A stretch of DNA of 64,000 nt from Spirochaetia bacterium (GCA_965140585.1 OZ223269.1:960001-1024000), one strand, 5' to 3'. Counted from the first letter of the stretch, positions 20,250 through 30,973 are shown. A program made the numbers and translations. The notes: a model not told the origin generated them from the sequence alone.

Positions 20250-21780
20250 TTATCTTTTAAGTTCACCTACAACTTTTACCCTGAAGCGTACCGCGTTGGA
20301 AGGGAGGTAGGCGAGCGGTATCTCTTCAAGCTCTACAATTTCAAGAGTTGTTTCATCAGCACCTGCTTTTACTGCTTCAGCCATTGCAGCGGTTTTTACT
20401 TCCTCAATAACCTGCTCACGCCCCTTACTTACGACATCAAATACACCATCGATACTGCCTGACACCTGGGAGATTGCTGCACCTATCGCATTAGCCACTT
20501 CAAAGTGATCAGGTTTGATAACCTCGCTTGCACCCTTAAGCTTAGAAGCAATTAGTATTGAACCGCCGCCAACCACTATAACCGGAATATCCGCAGCCAT
20601 TGTTTTCATCTTGTCAATGACTTCATTTCGTTTATTCCGCTTTCTATAAGTTTTTTATCAAGATCATCAACCTTAGATTTATCACCAAGTTCATACATAC
20701 CGTCCGCAACAGCAATATCAGTGGCAGTTAAAGTCTCTCCGCCGAATATTTTTGCTTCGGTATGTATTCTGTATCCTACCGACTGGGGGCCAACTGTTAC
20801 TCTGCCGTCCAGCTGTTTTACTTCTGAACCTCCGCCGAGACCCAGTGTTATCAGGTCTGGCATTCTGAAATTTGTTCTGACTCCGCCTATTTCTGCAGCG
20901 GATGACGACTCCCTTGGTCAATACACCTACATCAGTTGTTGTTCCTCCGACATCTGCATCAATAGCTTCCTTCATTCCGGTTAAAATCGCCGCACCCCTT
21001 AAGGTGTTTGTCGGTCCTGATGCGATAGTCAGAACCGGGTATTTTTTAGCGTATTCAATTGAAATCAGAGTACCGTCATTCTGAGTAATGAAAAGATCGG
21101 CTTTAATATTATGTTCAAGAAGGACGTTCTGAAATGAACTGTAGGCATTTTCTGTGAGTTTTCTGATATCGGAGTTGAGTATTGCAGCATTCTCTCTCTC
21201 TATGATACCAATCGAACCAATTTCACTTGATTTTGTAACAGGAAAATCAGCTCCGAATACTTCCGCAGCTAACTCCGCCACAAGACTTTCCTGCTCATCA
21301 TTTACAAGTGAGAATCCCCCCGGAGACAGCAAGAGCCTCTGCACCATGTGCTTTTATATCATTTAAGGCTTTTAAAATTTCATCTTTATCTGTGTTTGAT
21401 ATAAGAGCGCCGTGGTATTCATAGCCTCCCTTTACGATAACGTAAAAATGGTCAACTGCTTTTAAAATATCATCCGGCCATTCGATAAATGAAGGAATTG
21501 CAAAACCTGACGGCGCTGCAAGCCTTATTACTCCGACTTTAGAAAGACTTTTTCTTTCAACAATGGCATTGGTACCGTGAGTTGTTCCAAGCATGGCATC
21601 AGCTATATCCGCCGGGTTAATTGCGGAATCATTAAGGACTTGTTCAACAGCATTTTTAATTCCCGTTGAAATATCGGCTGAAGTTGCCTTTTTACATTTT
21701 GCAATTACCTTGTTCTTATCATCAAGAATGACTGCGTCTGTGTTGGTTCCGCCGACATCTATTCCAAGTCTGTATTTCAT
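20250..21780 (-). pseudogene. Hydantoinase/oxoprolinase family protein, in four frameshifted pieces
   Basis: GIDVGGTNTDAV, ERENAAILN, SGPTN..DVGGTTTDVG, TNFRMPD..GLGGGS, VANAIGAA spread over 21298..21780, 20718..21347, 20606..20863, 20250..20609. Confidence 0.9.
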
Positions 21781-22868
21781 TTTGACCTCCCTGCTGCAAG
21801 CTCTTCAATTGGTGTGTAATCATAGTCATACTTGAAATAACTAGGTCCAACCTGTGCTATTCCTGCTTCGCTTCTCCAGAATGAATCACATGGAATACCA
21901 AGGACAACAACCCTCTGGCCGTATTTAAGACTTTCAGTTGTAATAGGGAAGCCTTTTTCCTTATCAAGTACAGTTATTAGATCGGGAGTAAGAGCTACGG
22001 GCTGTCCGTCACGGCTGCCGACCAGATTTTCATTCTGGAAATCAAGCTGAAAATCTGAACCCTTGCAGCTTTCAATACCTTCAATAAGAACCTTCCCACG
22101 AACAAAGCCTGTAGTCAGATCCCGCTGAACATCTGTTATCTTACCTTCAAAAAGATTAAATCCGTTTGTAACATCTATCAGCCCTGCAATAGGATCATCT
22201 TTTTCTTTGTTTGCCTGGATTAATCTTTTTCCTATCGCCTTTGCAAAAGACATTGTTCCTTTTACTGAATATTTTTTCAGCTGTTCTCCGGTAATACAGT
22301 AGATTGCAATCATTGAAGCCAGACCCATCGCAACTGTTGCGGTTCTTGCAAAAGTTTCAGACCAGGCATTCGTAATTGTATCAATTACGAGTTTATTTCC
22401 CTTTTCATCACAGACCACCATAGTAGTGGCATCTATTCCTCCGACACCGAAGGTAGTCATGGGAAGTTCAGGAAAAGCCCGGCCCATACCGTCAGCATCA
22501 ACCAGAGGCAGATTCAGACTGGCCGCGGTATAGATAGGAATAGTTGAATTCAGGCCTCCGGCTTCAATCGGAATTACAGCAAAGGCTTTTTTCCATAAAT
22601 GCTTTTCAAGGCTGCGGAAGGAATTTGCCGGCTCACTTCCGTTTGGAAGTTTTTCCAGCATAACAGCCGGAGCTCCCATCATTGCTGACGGGATAACAGT
22701 TTCATCATCAGGAACTTCATCAGCTGTAATCAATTTAACTTCGCCGTGTTCTTTTATCGCCTGCTTAGCCATTAGTTTTCCAACGTAGGGATCACCCCCG
22801 CCGCCGGCACCAAGAATGGCCGCACCAATTGCGATATAGTCCATGTCTTCTTCGGTAAGATAAGTCAT
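21777..22868 (-). CDS. DUF917 family protein
   Basis: GAAILGAGGGGDP, EAGGLNS, VDADGMGRAFPEL, FQNENL, TTESLKYGQRV. Confidence 0.92.
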   Translation of the reverse strand: MTYLTEEDMDYIAIGAAILGAGGGGDPYVGKLMAKQAIKEHGEVKLITADEVPDDETVIPSAMMGAPAVMLEKLPNGSEPANSFRSLEKHLWKKAFAVIPIEAGGLNSTIPIYTAASLNLPLVDADGMGRAFPELPMTTFGVGGIDATTMVVCDEKGNKLVIDTITNAWSETFARTATVAMGLASMIAIYCITGEQLKKYSVKGTMSFAKAIGKRLIQANKEKDDPIAGLIDVTNGFNLFEGKITDVQRDLTTGFVRGKVLIEGIESCKGSDFQLDFQNENLVGSRDGQPVALTPDLITVLDKEKGFPITTESLKYGQRVVVLGIPCDSFWRSEAGIAQVGPSYFKYDYDYTPIEELAAGRSK

Positions 22869-22886
22869 TATTTATATCCTTTAAAA

Positions 22887-23342
22887 TTAAAGTACATAGC
22901 GCAGCTGAAAGTTAGCTCCGCCAATAGTAAAAAAGGTTTCGGTACTGGTTATTCCTTCAACCTCAAGTAATTCTTCTTCCAGAAATCTCTCATATGTGTA
23001 TTCCTGATTGAAAAGCATTACAGCAATAACATCAAACCTGCCGCTCACTCTGGCAGCTCCGACAACACCTTTTAATTGTGATATCTGCTGAAGACAGGTT
23101 TTTACCTTGCTCGGCAGTATGTTGAAACCAATAAATGCAGAACTGTGGCCTTCAACTGAGGATACCTCAACCAGGCTGTTAATCTGAAGCAGTCCGTTAT
23201 CAAGAAGTCTGTTGACCCTGTTTCGGACTGTATTTGTAGTGAGTCCGACTTTATCAGCAACTTCACTGTACGGTGCTCGTCCGTCCCAAAGATTTTTAAC
23301 AATTTCCAAATCTGTTTTATCTAATTTATTTTCATTTTCCAT
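22887..23342 (-). CDS. Lrp/AsnC family transcriptional regulator
   Basis: LDKTDLEIV..DGRAPYSEVADKVGLTTNTVRNRV helix-turn-helix; SGRFD. Confidence 0.92.
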   Translation of the reverse strand: MENENKLDKTDLEIVKNLWDGRAPYSEVADKVGLTTNTVRNRVNRLLDNGLLQINSLVEVSSVEGHSSAFIGFNILPSKVKTCLQQISQLKGVVGAARVSGRFDVIAVMLFNQEYTYERFLEEELLEVEGITSTETFFTIGGANFQLRYVL

Positions 23343-23474
23343 ATGTCAAAAATAATACGGTCTATTTTATGATGTTTGTATTTATCTTTATATGAATGTA
23401 GATGTGTATTTTTTTGCACTTGCACATTGATAAATTATCAAAAAACGGATGTATAATTGTGATATAATACGTTC

Positions 23475-24155
23475 ATGAGTGTAGAAAAAGTCTTCTGGCA
23501 GGATCCCTATCTGCAGAATCTCGATGCTGTCATATCCCGTATTGATGGAAACGATGTAATACTGGATAAAACCATAATATATTCATTTTCAGGGGGGCAG
23601 GAATCAGATTCCGCTTCAATAGGCGGAAATAAGGTTATTGATTCAAGAATTGAGGACCACGAGATCATCTATACTGTAAATCGGGAATATGACCTGTTTG
23701 CTGGTCAGAAAATTAAAATGCATATCGACTGGCCTAGAAGGTATAGACTTATGAGGCTGCATTTCGCCGCAGAACTTGTTCTTGAACTGGTTTATCAGAA
23801 ATATAATAAACCATATAAAACAGGTGCACATATTAGCCCTGCGAAGGCAAGGCTGGATTTTGAATGGAATGGAAATATCAATGAGGCTATAAATATTATT
23901 AAACCTGATCTTGAGATGCTTATAAATGAAAATCATGATATCCACAGTTTTTTCACAGATGAGAAAAATGAAATACGATGCTGGGAAATTGATGATTTTG
24001 CATGTGTTAATTGCGGTGGAACTCATCTTCGGACTACCAGTGAAATTGGTGAAGTAAGGCTAAAAAGAAATAATATTGGGAAAGGAAGGGAAAGGATAGA
24101 AATAACCCTCATGGATCCTGACCTTTCTATCAACGATGGAGACAGCCGTGTATAG
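23475..24155 (+). CDS. alaX: AlaX-type alanyl-tRNA editing protein
   Basis: FWQDPY, SGGQESD, RLHFAAE, CGGTH, GKGRERIEI. Confidence 0.85.
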   Translation: MSVEKVFWQDPYLQNLDAVISRIDGNDVILDKTIIYSFSGGQESDSASIGGNKVIDSRIEDHEIIYTVNREYDLFAGQKIKMHIDWPRRYRLMRLHFAAELVLELVYQKYNKPYKTGAHISPAKARLDFEWNGNINEAINIIKPDLEMLINENHDIHSFFTDEKNEIRCWEIDDFACVNCGGTHLRTTSEIGEVRLKRNNIGKGRERIEITLMDPDLSINDGDSRV

Positions 24156-24723
24156 AATTGAAAAATTCCATATCAGCCGGTTGGATGACTGGTATGATTA
24201 TTTTGATAAGCATGCATTCAGTGATAATCCTGGATGGCAGAGCTGCTACTGTACGTATTTTCACTCCCCGAAAAATCTTTTGATGCCTGACGGAAAGAGA
24301 TTCAAAACCAACAGAGATTATGCCGGATATCTTCTTGAACAGAATATTCTTCAGGGCTATATTGCTCTTGATGATGAGAACAGGATAATAGGCTGGTGTA
24401 ATACAAATCAGCGCAATTCATTCCCCAGGATAGTTGAATCCATCGGACAAACAATTGCAGAAGATACTATATCAATTACCTGTTTTGTCATAGCAAAGGA
24501 GCACAGAGGCAAGGGTATTTCTAAACTGTTTATTAATAGAATAATTCAGGATGCCGGCCTGAATGGAATCAGGTACATCGAAGCTTACCCCAAAAAAAGA
24601 GCCAGATCAGATTCAGGTAATTTCCACGGATATTTTAAGACTTACCAGAAGTTCGGATTCAATGAAGAGACTATTAACAATATGCTTGTAATGCGAATTG
24701 ACATAAAAGGAGAAACAAAATGA
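24136..24723 (+). CDS. GNAT family acetyltransferase
   Basis: WQSCYC, CFVIAKEHRGKGIS, IEAYP. Confidence 0.85.
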   Translation: METAVYRIEKFHISRLDDWYDYFDKHAFSDNPGWQSCYCTYFHSPKNLLMPDGKRFKTNRDYAGYLLEQNILQGYIALDDENRIIGWCNTNQRNSFPRIVESIGQTIAEDTISITCFVIAKEHRGKGISKLFINRIIQDAGLNGIRYIEAYPKKRARSDSGNFHGYFKTYQKFGFNEETINNMLVMRIDIKGETK

Positions 24724-25313
24724 AGGCAAGTATCATACTGGCTCATCCTTTCAAAGAAAGTTTCAACCATGCAATCTTTGCACGTTCAGTAAAGACATTT
24801 GAAAATATAGGAATAGCAACCTTTGCTCACGACCTTTATGCTGAAAAATTCAATCCGATTCTCACGGTTAATGAACTTGGCTGGAATAAATCGGAAGATC
24901 CACTTGTTAATAAATATTCTGAAGAGCTGGTTGAATCTGATTATCTTGTGTTCATTCATCCAAACTGGTGGGGGCAGCCGCCGGCAATGCTAAAAGGTTA
25001 TATAGATCGGGTTTTCAGGCCGCCTCATGCTTATGATATGCCGGAGGACGGTTCAGGCGGAGGCCTGCCTATTGAGAAACTGAAAGGTAAATACGGCATT
25101 GTTTTTAATACTTCAAATACACCTGAAACCCGGGAGAATAATTATTTTGGCGATCCGTTGGAAAATGAGTGGATAAAATGTACATTCGGCTTTTGCGGCA
25201 TCACTGACAGCTATCGCAAAATGTTCAGGATAATAGCTGACAGTGATGAAGAACAGAGAACTCTATGGCTTGAAGAAGTTGAAAAAACACTTATACAAAT
25301 AGTATCAGAGTAA
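24720..25313 (+). CDS. NAD(P)H-dependent oxidoreductase (flavodoxin-like fold)
   Basis: AHPFKESFNHAI, HPNWWGQPPAMLKGYIDRV. Confidence 0.9.
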   Translation: MKASIILAHPFKESFNHAIFARSVKTFENIGIATFAHDLYAEKFNPILTVNELGWNKSEDPLVNKYSEELVESDYLVFIHPNWWGQPPAMLKGYIDRVFRPPHAYDMPEDGSGGGLPIEKLKGKYGIVFNTSNTPETRENNYFGDPLENEWIKCTFGFCGITDSYRKMFRIIADSDEEQRTLWLEEVEKTLIQIVSE

Positions 25314-25335
25314 ATAGAAGCAGAGCAATAACTTA

Positions 25336-25761
25336 TTAAGTTTTAGATTTTTCACCGATATAAACCCCGATGATAATCAGAGCTGTTCCTGCAACCGCCA
25401 TAAAAGGCTGCTTTATAACTCCTCTGAAATAATCAATAATTGCGGCAGTAAAAACCTGCCCGCCTATCATCATAACAGTTGCCTTGGCGGCTCCGATTTT
25501 CGGTACGACAAAATTTGAAATAGTGACGTACAAGGCTCCGATAAAGCCTCCTAAATAAGCATAGAATGGAATTTCGGCATATTTAAATGCATAACTGTTC
25601 ATAACAGCAACAATTACAGCCATTACAGCAGAACCCGTAAGATGGTTCCACAGTGAAGCTCCGGCTGGATTTATCAGACTGCCAAGTTTTGCGTTTATTG
25701 ATCTTGCAAGTATTCCGACCATTCCGCTGAATAAAGCTAGAAGAATAAAGGGAATTATCAT
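25336..25761 (-). CDS. DMT family transporter (YdcZ-like)
   Basis: INAKLG, YLGGFIGA, PKIGAA..GQ..IDY. Confidence 0.85.
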   Translation of the reverse strand: MIIPFILLALFSGMVGILARSINAKLGSLINPAGASLWNHLTGSAVMAVIVAVMNSYAFKYAEIPFYAYLGGFIGALYVTISNFVVPKIGAAKATVMMIGGQVFTAAIIDYFRGVIKQPFMAVAGTALIIIGVYIGEKSKT

Positions 25762-26255
25762 GCATTCCCCCTTGAATTAATAATCAGAAGGGCACCGGTT
25801 AAAATACACAGAAGCCTGATAATATCTCTTAATCCAGGCGTTCTTCTTGTTTCTACAATAAACCCGGTATAGTCAAATAAAAGAGCCGCTGAGGTTTGTC
25901 CAAGAATCAGACAGCTTAAACTGCCGGCAAGTCCTAAAGGCGAATTAACAACTATATTTGAAATTACCACCGTTAAGGATCCTGCGACACCGCCGGTGTA
26001 TGCCCACAAGGGGGCTTCCTTCGAAAACAGGATCCCTTTGCGATGACTGTTTATAATAAGCCAGAGGATAAAACTGCCTGATAATCCGGCTACATGTACA
26101 ATTAAGGAACTGAAAAATGGATTGGTATACCGGCTTAATATACCATTAAATAAAACCATTAAAGCAAGGCAGCCGCCTGCTGCTGTTGCGGCAAATGTAT
26201 AAATACGATCGTTAATCATCGTCCTCATCATCGTCGAAAATGAATAATTCATCAA
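25758..26255 (-). CDS. DMT family transporter (YdcZ-like), partner subunit
   Basis: [21 protein letters not shown]. True start may be slightly downstream. Confidence 0.8.
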   Translation of the reverse strand: MMNYSFSTMMRTMINDRIYTFAATAAGGCLALMVLFNGILSRYTNPFFSSLIVHVAGLSGSFILWLIINSHRKGILFSKEAPLWAYTGGVAGSLTVVISNIVVNSPLGLAGSLSCLILGQTSAALLFDYTGFIVETRRTPGLRDIIRLLCILTGALLIINSRGNA

Positions 26256-26421
26256 TAGAAGAATATAGTATTTTTGCTATTCGATGAGCCAGTTTAATCG
26301 AAGGATTGTAATTTCCTTTCTCAATAAAACTTATAGTTTCTCTTCTGGCATTAACAAGAACTCCCAGCTGTTCCTGTGTCAGGTCATATCTGGCTCTGAA
26401 TTCCTTTATCCTTGTTCTCAT
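26212..26421 (-). CDS. XRE/Cro helix-turn-helix regulator
   Basis: [26 protein letters not shown]. Confidence 0.9.
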   Translation of the reverse strand: MRTRIKEFRARYDLTQEQLGVLVNARRETISFIEKGNYNPSIKLAHRIAKILYSSIDELFIFDDDEDDD

Positions 26422-26807
26422 TCAGCCGATAACCTTTTATTGTAGATGATTCGGGATATAAAAAAAGTTATCAGACTTATCAAAAATGTATAAGTAACCA
26501 AAGGTTCAGAATCTATACTGAATGAAAAGAAGTTGTGTATCAATGAAAACATCGAAAGCAGCGCATATATCGAAACAAGTGAATTTCGCATACTTTTTAA
26601 TGAAATCAATTCAGTTAATTCATCTTTTTGTACAATATGTAATTTTTGCTGCCTGATTACCAAAATTAAAAAAACAGAAGTAACGCAGACAAAAACAATA
26701 ATTGATGTAATTGAACCTTCAGTAAAACCATTTCTTATAAAATATCCTGCTGCCGATATAGCTGCCATTACAGATCCAATTAATAATGCTATGTTTTCTT
26801 TTTTCAT
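26418..26807 (-). CDS. Membrane protein (DUF2178-like) coupled to the HTH regulator
   Basis: Four TM with KDEL motif; AGGAG RBS; ATGA overlap with HTH gene. Confidence 0.65.
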   Translation of the reverse strand: MKKENIALLIGSVMAAISAAGYFIRNGFTEGSITSIIVFVCVTSVFLILVIRQQKLHIVQKDELTELISLKSMRNSLVSIYALLSMFSLIHNFFSFSIDSEPLVTYTFLISLITFFISRIIYNKRLSAE

Positions 26808-26929
26808 ATTTTCTCCTTTGTTAAATATATCCATCTATTTGTTATATATATATCACATTTGTATAAAAGTCAAATTTTATATTCAGATATGCTATAATTT
26901 TGTTAAAATTGATTTAACAGGAATTAAAA

Positions 26930-27565
26930 TTGGAAAAAATAATAGAAGGTTTATACATCATAAAAAATGTCGGAGTTGCAAATGTTTTTGTTATAGGTGA
27001 TAAGGAAAACTATTCATTGATCGATACCGGAATGGAAAACGGTACAGATTATCTTATAAAAGAACTTAAAGAAAACGGTTTTGAACCAGGCAGACTATCG
27101 AGAATTATACTATCGCATTATCACCCCGATCATGTTGGCGGACTTAAAAAACTTATGCTGCTTTCGGCGGCAGTGCTTGAAGCTCATGAAAATGATGTCG
27201 ATTCAATAACAAGTGTGCTCTGCAGCTGCGGATGCTGCAGGGATAAAATTGATGTCGAATTAAAAGATGGGGATTTTATTGATTTGATTGGAGGTCTTGA
27301 GGTAATCAATGTAAGCGGACATACTCCGGGAAGCATTGCTCTATACCAGAGAGATAAAAAAATAATGTTTTTCGGAGATGTAATTAAGGATATAGAAGGA
27401 CAGGGCCTGTGTATAGGAGCCCAACACTATAACCATGACACAGAGCAGACACTTTTGGATGGACAGAAACTTCTCGATTATGAAATTGAAATCGCTTTAT
27501 TCAGTCATGGTGATCCTATTCTAAACCGGGATATCGATCGATTGTATCAGCTTAAAAGACATTAA
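26930..27565 (+). CDS. MBL-fold metallo-hydrolase
   Basis: LIDTG, SHYHPDHVGG, GHTPGS, FFGD, HG. TTG start. Confidence 0.88.
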   Translation: MEKIIEGLYIIKNVGVANVFVIGDKENYSLIDTGMENGTDYLIKELKENGFEPGRLSRIILSHYHPDHVGGLKKLMLLSAAVLEAHENDVDSITSVLCSCGCCRDKIDVELKDGDFIDLIGGLEVINVSGHTPGSIALYQRDKKIMFFGDVIKDIEGQGLCIGAQHYNHDTEQTLLDGQKLLDYEIEIALFSHGDPILNRDIDRLYQLKRH

Positions 27566-27683
27566 TAATATGTTCGAATACAGAGATTTAAAAAATACGG
27601 ATCTTGAATCTATTCACAAAACCTTTTTTGATGCTTTTATGGAAATTATTATCAACAAGCTTAAAATGTGCAGGGAGTTTAAA

Positions 27684-28070
27684 ATGAAAAAAAATATAAA
27701 TCTTGTTACAATATGGACTGATAAAATTGAAGATATGAAAAATTTTTATTCAAACGTGCTGGGATTCGAAATAATTAATGATCTTGGAGATTATGTAGAA
27801 TTTTATAATGAAGGATGTAGATTTGCGATTTGTAAAAGAGCTGTAATGTTTGGGACTTCTGAGGCTTTCAAAGAAGAACCCAGGGGGCAAATATTAGAGC
27901 TTGCTTTCCCCTGTGAGTCTGTAGAGGATCTTGAAACCTCATATAAAAATATTATTTCAAAAGGTGCTGTCGCAGTACAGGGACCTTCAAATATGCCATG
28001 GAACCAGCGTACAGCTTTTTTTAAAGATCCTGATGGTAATATACACGAGCTTTTCACTGAATTAAATTAA
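27684..28070 (+). CDS. VOC/glyoxalase family protein
   Basis: FYSNVLGF, MPWNQRTAFFKDPDGNIHE; GGGAG RBS before 27684. Confidence 0.88.
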   Translation: MKKNINLVTIWTDKIEDMKNFYSNVLGFEIINDLGDYVEFYNEGCRFAICKRAVMFGTSEAFKEEPRGQILELAFPCESVEDLETSYKNIISKGAVAVQGPSNMPWNQRTAFFKDPDGNIHELFTELN

Positions 28071-28083
28071 ACGGCGGTACTAA

Positions 28084-28641
28084 ATGCAGTATGTAACAGA
28101 GCGTCTTGTTTTAAAATATCCCGATGACTCCTGCGCCAAAGATTATCTTGAATATCTTATAAGAAACAGGGATTTCCTGAGAGAATGGGAACCTTCACGC
28201 ACAGATTCATATTTCACAATTGACTCTGCAAATGGTTTTCTCAAAGAACAACTGGAAGGTATAATCAGCAAAACCTCTCTTACCTTATTAATAAGTAATA
28301 AAAACGACTCAAAAATAATCGGTACAGTCAGTTTATCAAATATCGTCAGAGGCGTTTTTCAGTCGTGCTTTCTTGGATACAAACTTGATGCTGATGAGAT
28401 AAAAAAAGGGAAAATGTCAGAGGCAGTTAAGAAGATTATAAATATTGGATTTTCAGAACTTAAACTTCATCGAATTGAAGCTAACATCATGCCCAGAAAT
28501 ATAGATTCGATAGAACTTGTTAAAAAGATGGGTTTTACTAATGAAGGGTTAAGCCCTAAATATTTAAAAATTAATGATAGATGGGAAGACCATCTGCATT
28601 TTGCTATTCTTAATGATATGGAGGATGAAAATGAATATTAG
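28084..28641 (+). CDS. RimJ/RimL-family N-acetyltransferase
   Basis: NIVRGVFQSCFLGY, LHRIEANIMPRN, YLKINDRWEDH. Confidence 0.9.
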   Translation: MQYVTERLVLKYPDDSCAKDYLEYLIRNRDFLREWEPSRTDSYFTIDSANGFLKEQLEGIISKTSLTLLISNKNDSKIIGTVSLSNIVRGVFQSCFLGYKLDADEIKKGKMSEAVKKIINIGFSELKLHRIEANIMPRNIDSIELVKKMGFTNEGLSPKYLKINDRWEDHLHFAILNDMEDENEY

Positions 28642-29416
28642 TGATCTGACTCCTGAAAAAGAAAAGCTGTACTGCATGTGTCTCGAGGACTGGTCTGATG
28701 AAATGAAGGAAGCCGGCAATCATAAAGAACTCTGGTATACTGCAAACAAATCAAAAGGACTGAGAGTTAAACTGTCAGAGGATGATAACGGCAAGACCGG
28801 AGGGATGATTCAATATTTGCCGATTGAGGAATCCGCGGCATCGGGCAGGGACCTTTATTTTGTCAATTGCATATGGGTTCATGGATATAAGCAGGGTCGT
28901 GGAAATTTTCAGAAAACAGGAATGGGTAAGGCATTATTAAAAGCTGCTGAAGATGATGTAAAAATGCTCGGAGCCAAGGGTCTTGTAACATGGGGTGTTT
29001 CCTTACCTTTCTGGATGAAGGCTTCATGGTTTAAAAAGCATGGATACAAAAAAGTGGATAAAATTGGTATCCAGGAACTTTTATGGAAACCTTTTTCTGA
29101 AGATGCAATAAAACCGAGCTGGATAAGGCCTTTACGCAAACCTGACATGGAGAAAGATAAAGTAACTGTTACTGCATTTATAAATGGATGGTGTCCTGCA
29201 CAAAACATAGTCTTTGAAAGAGCAAAGCGTGCAGCAGAAACTGCAGGCGAAAAGGTAGTATTCAAACCAATAGATACCTCTGACCGTAAAGTCTTTCTAT
29301 ACTGGGGGCTCCTGGATGCTTTATATATAGATGGTAAAGCGATCAATACCGGACCGCCGCCCTCCTATGATAAACTACTTAAGATTATTGAAAGGCGAGT
29401 GAATAAATTAAAATAA
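28631..29416 (+). CDS. GNAT acetyltransferase (YoaP-like) with C-terminal thioredoxin-like domain
   Basis: CIWVHG..FQKTGMGKALL; GWCPAQ; GAGGA RBS. Confidence 0.8.
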   Translation: MNISDLTPEKEKLYCMCLEDWSDEMKEAGNHKELWYTANKSKGLRVKLSEDDNGKTGGMIQYLPIEESAASGRDLYFVNCIWVHGYKQGRGNFQKTGMGKALLKAAEDDVKMLGAKGLVTWGVSLPFWMKASWFKKHGYKKVDKIGIQELLWKPFSEDAIKPSWIRPLRKPDMEKDKVTVTAFINGWCPAQNIVFERAKRAAETAGEKVVFKPIDTSDRKVFLYWGLLDALYIDGKAINTGPPPSYDKLLKIIERRVNKLK

Positions 29417-29495
29417 AGGTTAGAGAAATTACCTGTTAAATTTTTGGTTGCTCAATTTATGAAGTTAGCGCATATTTAATATATCCTAACTTGAG

Positions 29496-30566
29496 ATGGA
29501 GCTACGAATGAAGATTACCGATGCTGATAAAATCAATGAATACTACGAAGCTCTTGTGGAAAGAAATGAAGATTATCAGGGAGTTTTTTTTGCAGGTGTA
29601 AAAACCACCTCGATTTTCTGTATTTCAACCTGCAGAGCAAGAAAACCTAAAAAAGAAAATGTTGTCTTTTTTTCCGATTTTAAAGATGCTCTCATAGAGG
29701 GATTTCGTCCATGCCGAATATGTCATCCAACAGAAAATTCTCAGGAAGCACCCGATGAAATAAAAGATGCTGTAAGACTCATCACTGATAATCCTAAGCA
29801 GAAATACAATGATTATGAAATGAAAACGCTTGGTTTCAGTCCCAGTTTTCTAAGACGATGGTTTCAGGATAATTATGGCATTACATTTCAGTCTTTTCAG
29901 AGAATGTACAGAATAAATACAGCGTTTGAAGAACTTCAGAAAGGAAAAAATGTTACTGATACAGCCTTTGATTCAGGATATGAATCCCTGAGCGGATTTG
30001 GATATACATATAAAAAACTATTTGGTAATTCTCCCAGTAAATCTGATGGTAAAAACATTATCCTTATACACCGCCTGACAACTCCTATTGGGCCCATGTT
30101 TACCTGCGCAACGGATGAAGGAATTTGCCTGCTTGAATTTACAAACAGAAGAGCATTGGAAACAGAATTCAGGGATATTCAAAAGAAACTGAATGCTGTT
30201 ATTATTGCAGGTGTAAATAATCATATAAAACAGCTCGAAAAAGAACTTAAAGAGTATTTTGGAGGAAACCGGAAACAGTTCACGGTCTCACTTGTTACAC
30301 CAGGTACAGAATTTCAGCAGATAGTATGGACCAGCCTGAAAAAAATTCCATATGGAGAAACAACTTCATATCTAAAACAGTCAATATCGATTGGCAGGGA
30401 AAAGGCGGTCCGAGCAGTTGCGACCGCTAATGGTAATAACCGTGTTGCAATTATTATCCCCTGTCACAGGGTTATCGGTAGTGATGGAAGTCTGACAGGT
30501 TATGCAGGCGGTCTTGAGAGAAAACAATGGCTTCTTGATTTTGAAAAATCAAATTTATATCAATAA
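29496..30566 (+). CDS. ada: Bifunctional Ada regulator / O6-methylguanine-DNA methyltransferase
   Basis: Zn site FCISTC..RPCRIC, AraC helix-turn-helix, IPCHRV active site. Confidence 0.93.
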   Translation: MELRMKITDADKINEYYEALVERNEDYQGVFFAGVKTTSIFCISTCRARKPKKENVVFFSDFKDALIEGFRPCRICHPTENSQEAPDEIKDAVRLITDNPKQKYNDYEMKTLGFSPSFLRRWFQDNYGITFQSFQRMYRINTAFEELQKGKNVTDTAFDSGYESLSGFGYTYKKLFGNSPSKSDGKNIILIHRLTTPIGPMFTCATDEGICLLEFTNRRALETEFRDIQKKLNAVIIAGVNNHIKQLEKELKEYFGGNRKQFTVSLVTPGTEFQQIVWTSLKKIPYGETTSYLKQSISIGREKAVRAVATANGNNRVAIIIPCHRVIGSDGSLTGYAGGLERKQWLLDFEKSNLYQ

Positions 30567-30601
30567 TTAACTAATAAATCAGTAGTATACAGGAGTAAAT
30601 T

Positions 30602-30973
30602 ATGGCATTCAGCTGGGTTACAATCATTGTAAAAGACATGGATGAATCTTTAAAATTCTATCAGGATATGGCTGGATTGAAAATCAACAGGCAGTCAGAG
30701 TCCGTGCCGGGAACGAGGCTTGCATTTCTGGGTTTTGAAGGGGGCAGCACAGAAGTTGAACTTATTCAGAATTCCAGGAATCCGAACCCTGTTCACGGCA
30801 GTGATATATCAATTGGTTTTACAGTAGAGAATCTTGAAGATAAAATTGAAGAATTTAAAGCAATCGGAATTAGTGAAATTGACGGACCGCATCAGCCTGC
30901 ACCCTTTATAAGATTTTTTTATGCAAAAGATCCTGATGGTGTTAAGATTCAGTTTATTCAGGACATGAATTAG
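30602..30973 (+). CDS. VOC family (lactoylglutathione lyase-like) protein
   Basis: VKDMDESLKFY, VELI, KDPDGVKIQ. Confidence 0.85.
   Translation: MAFSWVTIIVKDMDESLKFYQDMAGLKINRQSESVPGTRLAFLGFEGGSTEVELIQNSRNPNPVHGSDISIGFTVENLEDKIEEFKAIGISEIDGPHQPAPFIRFFYAKDPDGVKIQFIQDMN

Noticed and set aside
18984-21835. Plus-strand ORFs (18984..19433, 19999..20310, 20721..20984, 21593..21835 and others)
   Set aside because: Antisense shadows of the minus-strand operon with no recognisable motifs.
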